64,000 bases of DNA from NCBI GenBank assembly GCA_048886685.1, contig JBHLKM010000001.1, positions 320,001 through 384,000 on the forward strand, read 5' to 3'. Under the pieces are notes generated by a model. The model was not told the origin of the DNA. It saw only the letters and a list, made by a program, of their open reading frames with translations, and searched no databases. The DNA is from Candidatus Hodarchaeota archaeon (lineage in GTDB: Archaea; Asgardarchaeota; Lokiarchaeia; Sigyniarchaeales; SOKP01). How positions within the stretch are numbered: the stretch's first letter is position 1; the number at the start of each line of letters is the position of its first letter. Below, one piece after another: positions 21,404 to 30,654 of this stretch. Both the position numbers and the translations under genes were made by a program.

Positions 21404-22345
21404 TTACCCCCCTAAAGTTTTATGTATTATGTTTTCAATTACATTTTCAACTTTTACACCAGGTTTAGGCTTGATACTCCCTAATAGCACATTTTTTGCA
21501 ATCTCAGAAAGATAAACATATATAGATTCTTTTTCTTTTATGTTCTTATCTTTTTCAATCTGTCTTCTTCTTCCTAGTAATTTAGCCATTGCAATTCCCG
21601 CTCTTATTGATGCGGGGATTTCAATGTCAACCTTATTTTGCCTAGTTTCTTTTATAACAGAATAAATTAATTCTAATTCAGATTCTTCTACAATAAAATG
21701 TTCTGGTAAATTTAATCTTATAATATCTAACTCCGTTGATTTATCAGGATAAGTTAGTTTAATCCAAACTTTTATTCTATCTTTTAATGCTTCAGATAAG
21801 CGGTGTGTTCCTGATAATTCTTCAGGATTCATTGCACATATAAAAAAGAAATCTCTATCTGCTTTTATCCTCCCTAAATGGGGAATTCCGATGGAAGCTT
21901 CTTCTAATGGTTCTAACAAAGTATTTTGAGAATATTCTGTGGCACGGTTAATTTCATTTGCAAGGAATGTCCCACCTTCTAGCATAGCATTCAATAATGG
22001 TCCAGGATTAAATGCTTCTAGTACAAAACCTTTTTTTAACGTGATTGCTGGATCAAACGATCCAACGAAATGTGAAGGTTTGATGCTTTCATCCATAGTC
22101 ATCCAATTGAAACTTTTGTTTTTGTTTTCTTTTGCTCTGAGACTCGCAAAGTATCTACATAAAATAGTCTTTCCGACGCCAGGAGGACCTACCAATGCTG
22201 GAAATAGACCAGTTGCTTCTGCATCTCTTAATAATTCAAGTGCTTTACCGTACTGACCTGATAGTACAATATCAATTTGTACTTCGGAAATATCTTTTAT
22301 AAGGTGTTGACTGAATAATTCCTCAAACTTTTGTTTATTTATCAT
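21404..22345 (-). CDS. MoxR-family AAA+ ATPase
   Basis: GPPGVGKT, FLANEINR, AMNPEE, LSEALKDR, ASIR lid motif. Confidence 0.92.
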   Translation of the reverse strand: MINKQKFEELFSQHLIKDISEVQIDIVLSGQYGKALELLRDAEATGLFPALVGPPGVGKTILCRYFASLRAKENKNKSFNWMTMDESIKPSHFVGSFDPAITLKKGFVLEAFNPGPLLNAMLEGGTFLANEINRATEYSQNTLLEPLEEASIGIPHLGRIKADRDFFFICAMNPEELSGTHRLSEALKDRIKVWIKLTYPDKSTELDIIRLNLPEHFIVEESELELIYSVIKETRQNKVDIEIPASIRAGIAMAKLLGRRRQIEKDKNIKEKESIYVYLSEIAKNVLLGSIKPKPGVKVENVIENIIHKTLGG

Positions 22346-22506
22346 CTTTAAATCTATAAAGCATTTTGAATTAGTTAATGATTTTCTTACATGAATATTA
22401 AGTGTTTGTTAATATAAAACTTTAAAGTTAATAATTAAAAGATATTATATTTTCTTAATTAGATTGATTGAGGTTTAATAAAATCCTAAAAAAGATTTGT
22501 CTTATT

Positions 22507-23343
22507 ATGATCCCGCCTTATTTTGATGAGAAGAATTTTATTTTATATCACAGTGATGCCATCGAATTATTAAATCAATTTGAAAGCGATAAATTTGATT
22601 TGATTTATGTTGATCCTCCCTACTTCCTTTCAAATGATGGTATAACTTGTCAATCAGGGAAAATGGTATCCGTTAATAAAGGTACTTGGGATAAATCCAA
22701 GGGATTTGAGGAAGATGTACAGTTCATAGACTCCTGGTTGAAAGCGTGTAGAAGTGTATTAAAAGAGAATGGGAGTATCTGGGTTTCCGGTACTTTACAC
22801 AATATATATAAAGTGGGATATCTATTGGAAAAAAATGATTATGACATAATTAATGATGTCATAATGTATAAACCCAATGCGCCTCCTAATTTATCATGCA
22901 AATATTTCACGCATAGCCATGAGGTCATTTTATGGGCTCGAAAGTCGAGAAACTCTGAACACACCTTTAATTATGAGAAAATGAAATTTTGGAATAACCC
23001 TAAAGATAAACTAAAAAATAAAGATAAACAAATGCGTAGTGTTTGGTCAATTCCTTTAATCCCCAAGGAAGAAAAAGTTTTTGGTAAACATCCAACCCAA
23101 AAACCGTTAGAATTGTTAAATAGAATAATTTCATCCTCTTCAAATGAAGGTGATTGGGTATTGGATCCCTTTGTAGGATCTGGTACTACAGGGATAGTAT
23201 GTAGTATTTTAAATCGAAAATTCATTGGGATCGATTCAAATAAAGAATATTTGGATGTAGCAATTAAAAGGTTTAAAGATCCAAGAAAAGGAAGCCAATT
23301 ATATTCTCCCAAAACTAAAAATCATTTAATGAAATTTATTTAA
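22507..23343 (+). CDS. Beta-class adenine DNA methyltransferase, DpnA/M2.DpnII-like (probably GATC), orphan
   Basis: DPPYFLSNDGITCQSGKMVSVNKGTWD, KHPTQKP, DPFVGSGTTG. ATG 22507 preferred over TTG 22468. Confidence 0.9.
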   Translation: MIPPYFDEKNFILYHSDAIELLNQFESDKFDLIYVDPPYFLSNDGITCQSGKMVSVNKGTWDKSKGFEEDVQFIDSWLKACRSVLKENGSIWVSGTLHNIYKVGYLLEKNDYDIINDVIMYKPNAPPNLSCKYFTHSHEVILWARKSRNSEHTFNYEKMKFWNNPKDKLKNKDKQMRSVWSIPLIPKEEKVFGKHPTQKPLELLNRIISSSSNEGDWVLDPFVGSGTTGIVCSILNRKFIGIDSNKEYLDVAIKRFKDPRKGSQLYSPKTKNHLMKFI

Positions 23344-23452
23344 ATCTTTTAAATTCTAACATTTCTTTGAAAATATATAATGAAAATTCTTATTAAATAA
23401 GACAGTTATATTTTTAATTAAACTAAAGAATTGATAATTTTTAGGGATATAT

Positions 23453-25831
23453 ATGCAATTAGACCAAAGATCTTTATCAGATTATAAAGAACGCACATTA
23501 AGAATGAAAAATAAGCTAACAAAAGCACCACATGAAATATGTGTAGAAAGAGCGAGATTTTTTACAGAATCCTATAAAAAAACTAAAGGAGAAAATCCCA
23601 TTATTAGATTTGCAAAAGCCATGGATAACTATTTAACTAATATGACAATAAAAATATGGGAAGATGAATATATAGTCGGAAATAGATGTACAAAATATGT
23701 AGGAACTCCCATGTATCCTGAAGCCCGAATAGATACAATTGAACAAGATATTGATAATTACGATACTCGTCCTATCCAAAAACTTTTCTTAACAAACCAA
23801 GAAAGAGAATTTATAAAAGAAGAACTAATCCCTTATTGGAAAAATGAAGAAATTACTGTACAAGAACGATTTCAATCTTATTTAAGCCCAGATGTAAAAG
23901 ACATTATGGAAAAGCTTTTGTTTGCTGTAGATGTGGAGCTCTCTAGTGGAATTGGTCATTTTTTTCCAGGTCATGAAAATATATTAAAAAGTGGGATAGA
24001 TGGATTAATTGAAAAAACAAGGAGAAGCTTGGGCAAAAACTCTAATGATTTAGATAAAAATGCTTTTTTGGAATCGGTTATCATTCTATTGAAAGCTGTC
24101 AAAAAATTAATACGGAGATTTTCAAGTTTAGCGAGAGAAATGGGTAATAAAGAAAATAATCCCGCCCGTCAAGAAGAACTTTATGAAATCTCTAGAATTT
24201 GCGATAATATTTCAAGTAAACCTCCAAAAAGTTTTGAAGAAGCTTTACAATTAATTTATTTTACTCATATAATATGTGGTTTAGAAGATGGTGGTTTTGC
24301 TATTTCGGTGGGACGGTTGGATCACTATCTATATCCTTATTATTTATTAGATAAAAAGAAAGGAAAGATTACCAGAGAAAAAGTTCAGTTTCTTATAGAA
24401 TGTTTTTTCATCAAACTCTCTACATTATGGAATTATGTTATTTCAAAAGGAGTGGTGGCAGTAGAAGGTCCTCCCATTGCTCAAAATGTAGTAATTGGAG
24501 GATTAGATCGTAAAGGACACGACGCTACAAATGAATTATCATTGATTATTTTAGATGCTTATACTCACATTAAATCCGTACAACCGACTTTTTGTGTTAG
24601 AATTCATAAAGATACATCCGAAGATTTTCTTATGAAAGTTGGAGAATCTATAAAAAGTGGTACTAGCATTGCTCTACTTAATGACCAAGTGATGATCCCC
24701 GGTCTTATTAATCGCGGTTTTACTATTGAAGATGCTCGAGAATATGCACCAATAGGATGCGTTGAGCCTCAACACCCTTATAAATCATTTGGTTCGACAA
24801 ACGCTAATCAATTTAATGTAGTGAAATGCTTAGAATTAGCATTAAATAATGGGATTGATATGATCTCTCGAAAAGAATATGGAGTTAAAATGGATAAAAA
24901 TATTAATTCTTATGAGAATCTTTGGGAAGCATTTAAGGATCAGGTAAGATATTTCATTGAATATATGGTAAAAATCATGCATTTTCTTGATAAATCAATT
25001 GCTGAACTTACCCCTCAACCATTTTTATCTGCTACTATAGATGATTGTATAGAACGTGGATTAGATATTACTAAAGGAGGAGCAATTTATAATTTTACAG
25101 GTCCTCAACTGATTGGTTTAGCTACAATCGCAGATAGTCTTGCTGTAATTAAAAAAGTTGTTTTTGAAGATAAACTACTTTCATTTGAAGATATAGTTCT
25201 GATGCTAAGAAAAAATTTCAAAGGTGTTTATCAAGGCAGAAAAGGAACTGAATGGCGGGAGTTTTTCATAAATAAAGTTCCAAAATTTGGTAATGACAAC
25301 AATTATGTTGATCAAATAGCCGTTGATGTCGCAAGATTTTATTGTGAAGAAATTTCTAAATATTCCAACTATCGAGGAGGGAAATATAATCCTGGAATAT
25401 ATTCCACAACTTTCCATTTAGCATTTGGTGTTTTTACAGGAGCTTCAGCTGATGGTAGAAGAAAGACAGAACCCCTTTCAAATGGCCTTTGTCCTACAAG
25501 TGGTATGGACGAAAATGGCCCCACGGCTATTCTCAATTCTATTAAAAAGCTTGATAATGGATTAATGAGTAATGGTAATTCATTAATTCTATCTTTTCAT
25601 CCGAATACATTAAAATTGAATATTTTAATTCCACTAATTAGAACTTTTTTTGAGCCTGAAGGTGGTTATCAAATCCAATTTAATGTTGTGGGAAAAAAGA
25701 CTTTATGTAATGCTCAAGAAGATCCGGATAGTTATAGAGGGCTTGTTGTAAGAATTGCAGGATATTCAGTGTATTTTACTGAGTTATCAAAAAGTGCGCA
25801 AGATGAAATTATTGCTCGAACTGAATATTAA
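23453..25831 (+). CDS. Glycyl radical enzyme (PFL2-like), substrate unknown
   Basis: GRLDHYL, GCVEP Cys loop, C-terminal VVRIAGYS Gly-radical motif. Confidence 0.93.
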   Translation: MQLDQRSLSDYKERTLRMKNKLTKAPHEICVERARFFTESYKKTKGENPIIRFAKAMDNYLTNMTIKIWEDEYIVGNRCTKYVGTPMYPEARIDTIEQDIDNYDTRPIQKLFLTNQEREFIKEELIPYWKNEEITVQERFQSYLSPDVKDIMEKLLFAVDVELSSGIGHFFPGHENILKSGIDGLIEKTRRSLGKNSNDLDKNAFLESVIILLKAVKKLIRRFSSLAREMGNKENNPARQEELYEISRICDNISSKPPKSFEEALQLIYFTHIICGLEDGGFAISVGRLDHYLYPYYLLDKKKGKITREKVQFLIECFFIKLSTLWNYVISKGVVAVEGPPIAQNVVIGGLDRKGHDATNELSLIILDAYTHIKSVQPTFCVRIHKDTSEDFLMKVGESIKSGTSIALLNDQVMIPGLINRGFTIEDAREYAPIGCVEPQHPYKSFGSTNANQFNVVKCLELALNNGIDMISRKEYGVKMDKNINSYENLWEAFKDQVRYFIEYMVKIMHFLDKSIAELTPQPFLSATIDDCIERGLDITKGGAIYNFTGPQLIGLATIADSLAVIKKVVFEDKLLSFEDIVLMLRKNFKGVYQGRKGTEWREFFINKVPKFGNDNNYVDQIAVDVARFYCEEISKYSNYRGGKYNPGIYSTTFHLAFGVFTGASADGRRKTEPLSNGLCPTSGMDENGPTAILNSIKKLDNGLMSNGNSLILSFHPNTLKLNILIPLIRTFFEPEGGYQIQFNVVGKKTLCNAQEDPDSYRGLVVRIAGYSVYFTELSKSAQDEIIARTEY

Positions 25832-25917
25832 TCACTTAATTTTTAAACATTGATTAAAAATAATAAAAAATTTTAGTTATCTTGATTTTAAAATTATAAA
25901 TATTAATATTATTAAAC

Positions 25918-26019
25918 GGGCCTGTAGATCAGTGGAAGATCGCTTGATATCATTAAGCAAAACGCTTAATAACATGATTCGCATTCAAGAGGTCACGGGT
26001 TCAATTCCCGTCAGGTCCA
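25918..26019 (+). tRNA. tRNA-Ala(CGC) with 30-nt non-canonical intron (about 25949-25978)
   Basis: Acceptor GGGCCTG/CAGGTCC with G3.U70; D stem GATC/GATC; anticodon stem CTTGA/TCAAG with loop TTCGCAT after intron removal; T arm ACGGG-TTCAATT-CCCGT. Confidence 0.93.
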
Positions 26020-26142
26020 TTTAATTTAGTCGAATTAATTTATGAAGAAAGCAAAATCAACAGCTACAATTTGAATAAATATTATAAAGTTATCAAATAT
26101 TATGCATTGTTATATTAATATACCTTCTAATTAGAATTTAAA

Positions 26143-28743
26143 ATGACACAAGAAACAGTTTTTCCAAAAAGATTCAATTTTAAAGAAGTTCAAAAAAAGT
26201 GGATAAAATTTTGGAAAGAAGAGAAAATATACGCATTTGACGTCAATAATAAGGCTGAAGTATTTTCAATCGATACGCCTCCTCCTTTTGTAAGCGGGGA
26301 TCTTCATATGGGACACATTTTAAATCATTCATGGATTGATTTTGTGGCAAGATATCATAAGATGAAAGGAGATAATGTTTATTTTCCTCAAGGTTTTGAT
26401 TGCCATGGACTCCCTGTAGAACTCGCTGTTCAAAAGGAATATGGGATTTCTCAGCATCAGAGGGATGAATTCCTCGAAAAATGTGTTGAATGGGTCGATA
26501 ATAACATTGAAAATATGAGGAGACAATTTGATGATTTGGGATATTCCGCTGATTGGGATTATACATATCGAACTATGAATGATGATTATAAATTTAAAGT
26601 TCAATTATCACTATTATTCTTTTATGAAAAGGGATGGTTGTACCGTGAGAAATTCCCTACACATTTCTGTGTTAACTGTGAAACATCTGTTGCAAAAGCG
26701 GAAGTGGGTTATCAAGAAGAACAAGGACAATTATGGTATATTAAATTACCAATTGTTGGGAGGGAAAATGAATTTATAACGATAGCAACAACAAGACCTG
26801 AATATATGGAAGCCTGTGTTGCCGTTATGGTTCACCCAAATGATGAAAGGTATTATGATCTTTCTGCTGCTGAAATAGAAATACCTTTCACTGACCGAAC
26901 TGTTCGAGTTTATATGGATAGTATAGTTGATATGAATTTTGGTACAGGAATTGTTTATGTTTGTACTTATGGCGATGAAATGGATATAAATTGGAAATTG
27001 AATTATAATCTTGATGAAATACAGATCTTCACGGAAGATGGTCATATGAATGAAAATTCTAAATACCAGGGTCTAACTATTCTTGAAGCTCGAGAAGAAA
27101 TTGTAAAAGATCTTGATAAAATAGGATTGATCGAAAAAATAGAAGATTATGAGCATAGTATCATTGTTCACACAGAACGTTCATCTTGTCGAAAGCCAAT
27201 TGAATATTTACCTGTATATCAGTGGTTTATCAATGTAAGGGATTTTACTGGAGATATAATTGAATCTGCTGAAAAAATGAAATGGTATCCGGAAAAACAG
27301 AAACAGAGATTAATAGATTGGGCAGGAGGATTAGATTGGAACTGGGTTATTTCACGTCAGCGTGTTTTTGGAACTCCTATCCCCTTTTGGTACTGTAAAG
27401 ATTGTAATGAAATCATACCACCGAAAAGAGAAGACCTACCATTAGATCCTGTAAAAGTTCAACCCCCAATTAAAGAATGCCCGGAATGTAAAAGTAAAAA
27501 CATTATAGGGGAAAAAGACGTTTGTGATTGTTGGATTGATTCGAGTATAACTCCTTTAGAAATTGCTAAATGGAAAGAAGATGAAAATTTTTTTAAGAAG
27601 ACGTACCTATATGCAAAAACTCATCGACCACAAGGATATGAGATTATTCGAACTTGGTTATTTTATACATTGTTCCGATGTAAAAAATTGACAGGAAAAG
27701 ATCCTTTTTATGAGGTAATGATAAACGGAATGGTAGCTGGTCCAGATGGTCGTCATATGTCAAAAAGTCTTGGAAATTCTGTTTCACCAGATGAAGTTAT
27801 GCCAAATTTTGGTGCAGATGCAATTAGATATTGGGCAGCTATGGGTTCTTTAGGAGACGATTATCCATTTGAATTTAATTGGATAAATCTTCAATCTCAA
27901 CAGCCAATTTCCATTGAAACTATTTCAAAAGAAAAAGAGAATCTACCTGAAAATAAATTTAATAAAAAATATGGAATAAGATATGAACAATTAATAGGTG
28001 CATCAAGATTTGTAACAAAAATATGGAACGCTTTCAGATTTTTATTTCTAAATCTAACTAAGATTGAAATAAAAGAACTTACTCTTGATTCTAACGAATT
28101 ATCTGAAATTGACAGTTATTTTTTTTCTGAATTTAATAAGAATTTGGAATTGATCACAAAAAATCTAGATAATTATAATTGGCATGAAGCTATGATGACC
28201 TATCGTTCTTTCTTTTGGAATGAAATTTGCGATAACTACATTGAAGCAATAAAATACAAGTTTTATGTCGATAACCTTAACATCAGAGAAATATCCTTAA
28301 GAAATGCATTGAATTTGTTTTATAAATTAGTTATTATTTCTGCTATTACAATGCCTTTCATTTCTGAAGAAATATATTCTATAATTTATAAAAATTTTAG
28401 AAACGTGAAATCAATACATTTAGAGAATTGGCCAACTCCTTACCAAGATATCCCTGAGGAGCTAATTGAAAGAGGGAAATTTGGAATTGAAATTATTAAA
28501 ATTCTAAGAATGAATAAATCAAAACTTCAAATACCACTAAACCAAGATATAAGAAAAGTTATTATTTTCTCTGACAAGTCGAATTTAGAAAAGATTAAGA
28601 ATCTTAAAAAAGATATCAAAAATACTATTAGAATAGAGAATTTAGAGTTAATCGAGAAAGCTAAGGAGACGTCTATTAAAGAACAACCAATTTTAACAGA
28701 AAAGGTTGAAGATTTAAATCTTACTATCCATTTCTATAATTGA
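26143..28743 (+). CDS. valS: Valyl-tRNA synthetase, archaeal type
   Basis: IDTPPP, HMGH, IATTRPE, WVISRQR, HMSKS (KMSKS variant). Confidence 0.96.
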   Translation: MTQETVFPKRFNFKEVQKKWIKFWKEEKIYAFDVNNKAEVFSIDTPPPFVSGDLHMGHILNHSWIDFVARYHKMKGDNVYFPQGFDCHGLPVELAVQKEYGISQHQRDEFLEKCVEWVDNNIENMRRQFDDLGYSADWDYTYRTMNDDYKFKVQLSLLFFYEKGWLYREKFPTHFCVNCETSVAKAEVGYQEEQGQLWYIKLPIVGRENEFITIATTRPEYMEACVAVMVHPNDERYYDLSAAEIEIPFTDRTVRVYMDSIVDMNFGTGIVYVCTYGDEMDINWKLNYNLDEIQIFTEDGHMNENSKYQGLTILEAREEIVKDLDKIGLIEKIEDYEHSIIVHTERSSCRKPIEYLPVYQWFINVRDFTGDIIESAEKMKWYPEKQKQRLIDWAGGLDWNWVISRQRVFGTPIPFWYCKDCNEIIPPKREDLPLDPVKVQPPIKECPECKSKNIIGEKDVCDCWIDSSITPLEIAKWKEDENFFKKTYLYAKTHRPQGYEIIRTWLFYTLFRCKKLTGKDPFYEVMINGMVAGPDGRHMSKSLGNSVSPDEVMPNFGADAIRYWAAMGSLGDDYPFEFNWINLQSQQPISIETISKEKENLPENKFNKKYGIRYEQLIGASRFVTKIWNAFRFLFLNLTKIEIKELTLDSNELSEIDSYFFSEFNKNLELITKNLDNYNWHEAMMTYRSFFWNEICDNYIEAIKYKFYVDNLNIREISLRNALNLFYKLVIISAITMPFISEEIYSIIYKNFRNVKSIHLENWPTPYQDIPEELIERGKFGIEIIKILRMNKSKLQIPLNQDIRKVIIFSDKSNLEKIKNLKKDIKNTIRIENLELIEKAKETSIKEQPILTEKVEDLNLTIHFYN

Positions 28744-28756
28744 GGTACTTTATTTA

Positions 28757-29608
28757 TCAATCTTCTTGTTCTATATTTTCTTGCTCTTTAGTTTCCTCAA
28801 TTTGTTCATTTTTTGATTGTTCTTCAATTGGTTGTTCTTCAATTCCTAACTGAGTAACCATTGCTAGTTTTAGCTGATGTTTATCTTTTGGTAATCCGAA
28901 CATATCAGCATATTTATCTGTTGTTGTTAATTCATGAGTTCTCCCTTTTTTTACAGCATCTATAAAACCATTATCGATAAGATAATTTATGTGTTCATAG
29001 GCTCCTGTTCCTCTCAATTTAATAACAGTTGATTTTAAAATGGGTTGCTTTAAAGCAATTACCGTTAACGTTCGAAGATAACGCTCTGCTATTGCACCAC
29101 CTTTAGCAAATTTAGATACTTTTTCTGTATATTCTGGTTTAATTTGCATTTGGTATCTGTCTCCTATTTGCGCAATTACTAATGCTGTTGAACGGTCGAG
29201 ATAGTCAAATGCAACTTCATTGATTAGTTCTTCTACTTCTTTTTTAGAAAATTCTAATTTATTAGATAATTCCTCTATAGTTAAAGGTCTACCAGCAGCA
29301 TATAAAGAGGCTTCGATTAAATTTCTATGGAATTCTCTCATTTTTTCTTCGAATGATTGCTCTTCAGTAATATCTTCTTCTAATGTTTCAATTTCAATTC
29401 TTTCTTCTAAATTTTCCATAGTTCGTTCTATAATTTCAGATTTTTCTTCTTGAGTTTCATCTGTGATAAATTCCTCGGATTCTACCTCATTTTCATTAAT
29501 CTTGTTCGATTCAATTTCTTCATTTGGGAGTTTTTCAGAGTCTTCTACTATTTCCTCTATCAAATCGTCCTCTTGTGCTTCTTTGAGTTCTTTATCAAAA
29601 CTATTCAT
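28757..29608 (-). CDS. scpB: ScpB (kite subunit) with long acidic N-terminal extension
   Basis: IEASLYAAGRPL, LRTLTVIALKQPI, IKLRG, TTDKYADMFGL; downstream of smc-scpA. Confidence 0.93.
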   Translation of the reverse strand: MNSFDKELKEAQEDDLIEEIVEDSEKLPNEEIESNKINENEVESEEFITDETQEEKSEIIERTMENLEERIEIETLEEDITEEQSFEEKMREFHRNLIEASLYAAGRPLTIEELSNKLEFSKKEVEELINEVAFDYLDRSTALVIAQIGDRYQMQIKPEYTEKVSKFAKGGAIAERYLRTLTVIALKQPILKSTVIKLRGTGAYEHINYLIDNGFIDAVKKGRTHELTTTDKYADMFGLPKDKHQLKLAMVTQLGIEEQPIEEQSKNEQIEETKEQENIEQED

Positions 29609-29638
29609 CTTTTCTCACGGATTTTTTATAATTATCTT

Positions 29639-30637
29639 TTATTTAATATCTACTGAAATGTCTCTGAAGTCTTCATCTTGAGCCAAAGTTAATTTATTTC
29701 CTGTGGAAAGAAACATTAGCGCTAAAAACATTCTTACGAGAGCAAATTTTCTGCCTATACTAGTCTCTTCTTCATCTTTTATTATATTTGTTAAATCATA
29801 GAAACTAGTATCCTTGTTGTTTAAATTTATTGTACCCTTAATCCTATTATACCATGATTCGTGTAATTCTTCAACGGTTTGTTCTCTCCCACTAATATGT
29901 TTTAATAATTCTTTTGGTAATTGGGCTTTAGATCTCATTTGGATTTTTTGTTGTTTTAATTCTTCCCGTCTCATTCTCCTTCTTCTTAGTTTTTCTTTAT
30001 TTTGCATTACTTCTATAATTGCTGATCGCATTGCATCAAATAACTCCTCTTTTGTTGCTATTTGCATCTTGGGTTGTATTGGTTGTGGTAATGCTTTTGG
30101 AATTGATCTTGAATGCCTTTGCCGAAATTTTTCTAGTTCTTCTTTTTTTTGAATTTGCTCTTCTTCCCTTATAATACTTGAGATTTTATAATGATGCAAA
30201 TTTGCTGATGTTTTCAGTGCAATACCAGAAATCTTATAATTTATTAATTCTTCATGAAGCATCTTATCAAAAAATTCATCAACTAAACTAGCTAAACCAT
30301 AAAAAGCTATTTCCGATTCTTTAGCTAATTCTGTGTCTAATAGGCTTGAAAATGGCGGTTTTTGCCAAAATTTCAAGTTTATTTTTTCTTTTCTTAATAA
30401 CGCGAGATCTTCATCCTCATCAAAACCAGCTACTAATTCTTCTTCCAATTCTTCGACTTCTTGGGATCGATCAATGAATTCAGGATGTGAAACTATTTTT
30501 TGTAATAATTCAATAATATCATTCTTTTTTGATTTAGACGGGATCTTTATATTATTTTTATTAGCAAACTCTCTTAATTGTTTCACAGTCCATTCATTAA
30601 AATTATATCCCTCACTGGAGTTCGGTTCTTTAGAAAT
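29639..30637 (-). CDS. scpA: ScpA kleisin with N-terminal SAP/HeH-like domain; probable ATT start at 30637
   Basis: INYKISGIAL..A.L...K N-kleisin helix; C-terminal VRMFLALMFL...LAQDEDFRDI winged helix; lies between smc and scpB. The frame is open upstream of the GTG at 30586 as far as TGA 30646. Confidence 0.88.
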   Translation of the reverse strand: MSKEPNSSEGYNFNEWTVKQLREFANKNNIKIPSKSKKNDIIELLQKIVSHPEFIDRSQEVEELEEELVAGFDEDEDLALLRKEKINLKFWQKPPFSSLLDTELAKESEIAFYGLASLVDEFFDKMLHEELINYKISGIALKTSANLHHYKISSIIREEEQIQKKEELEKFRQRHSRSIPKALPQPIQPKMQIATKEELFDAMRSAIIEVMQNKEKLRRRRMRREELKQQKIQMRSKAQLPKELLKHISGREQTVEELHESWYNRIKGTINLNNKDTSFYDLTNIIKDEEETSIGRKFALVRMFLALMFLSTGNKLTLAQDEDFRDISVDIK

Positions 30638-30654
30638 TTTATTTCACCTTTTCT

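Noticed and set aside
27751-27770. HMSKS instead of KMSKS in ValRS
   Set aside because: The second, catalytic Lys is kept; a minor variant.
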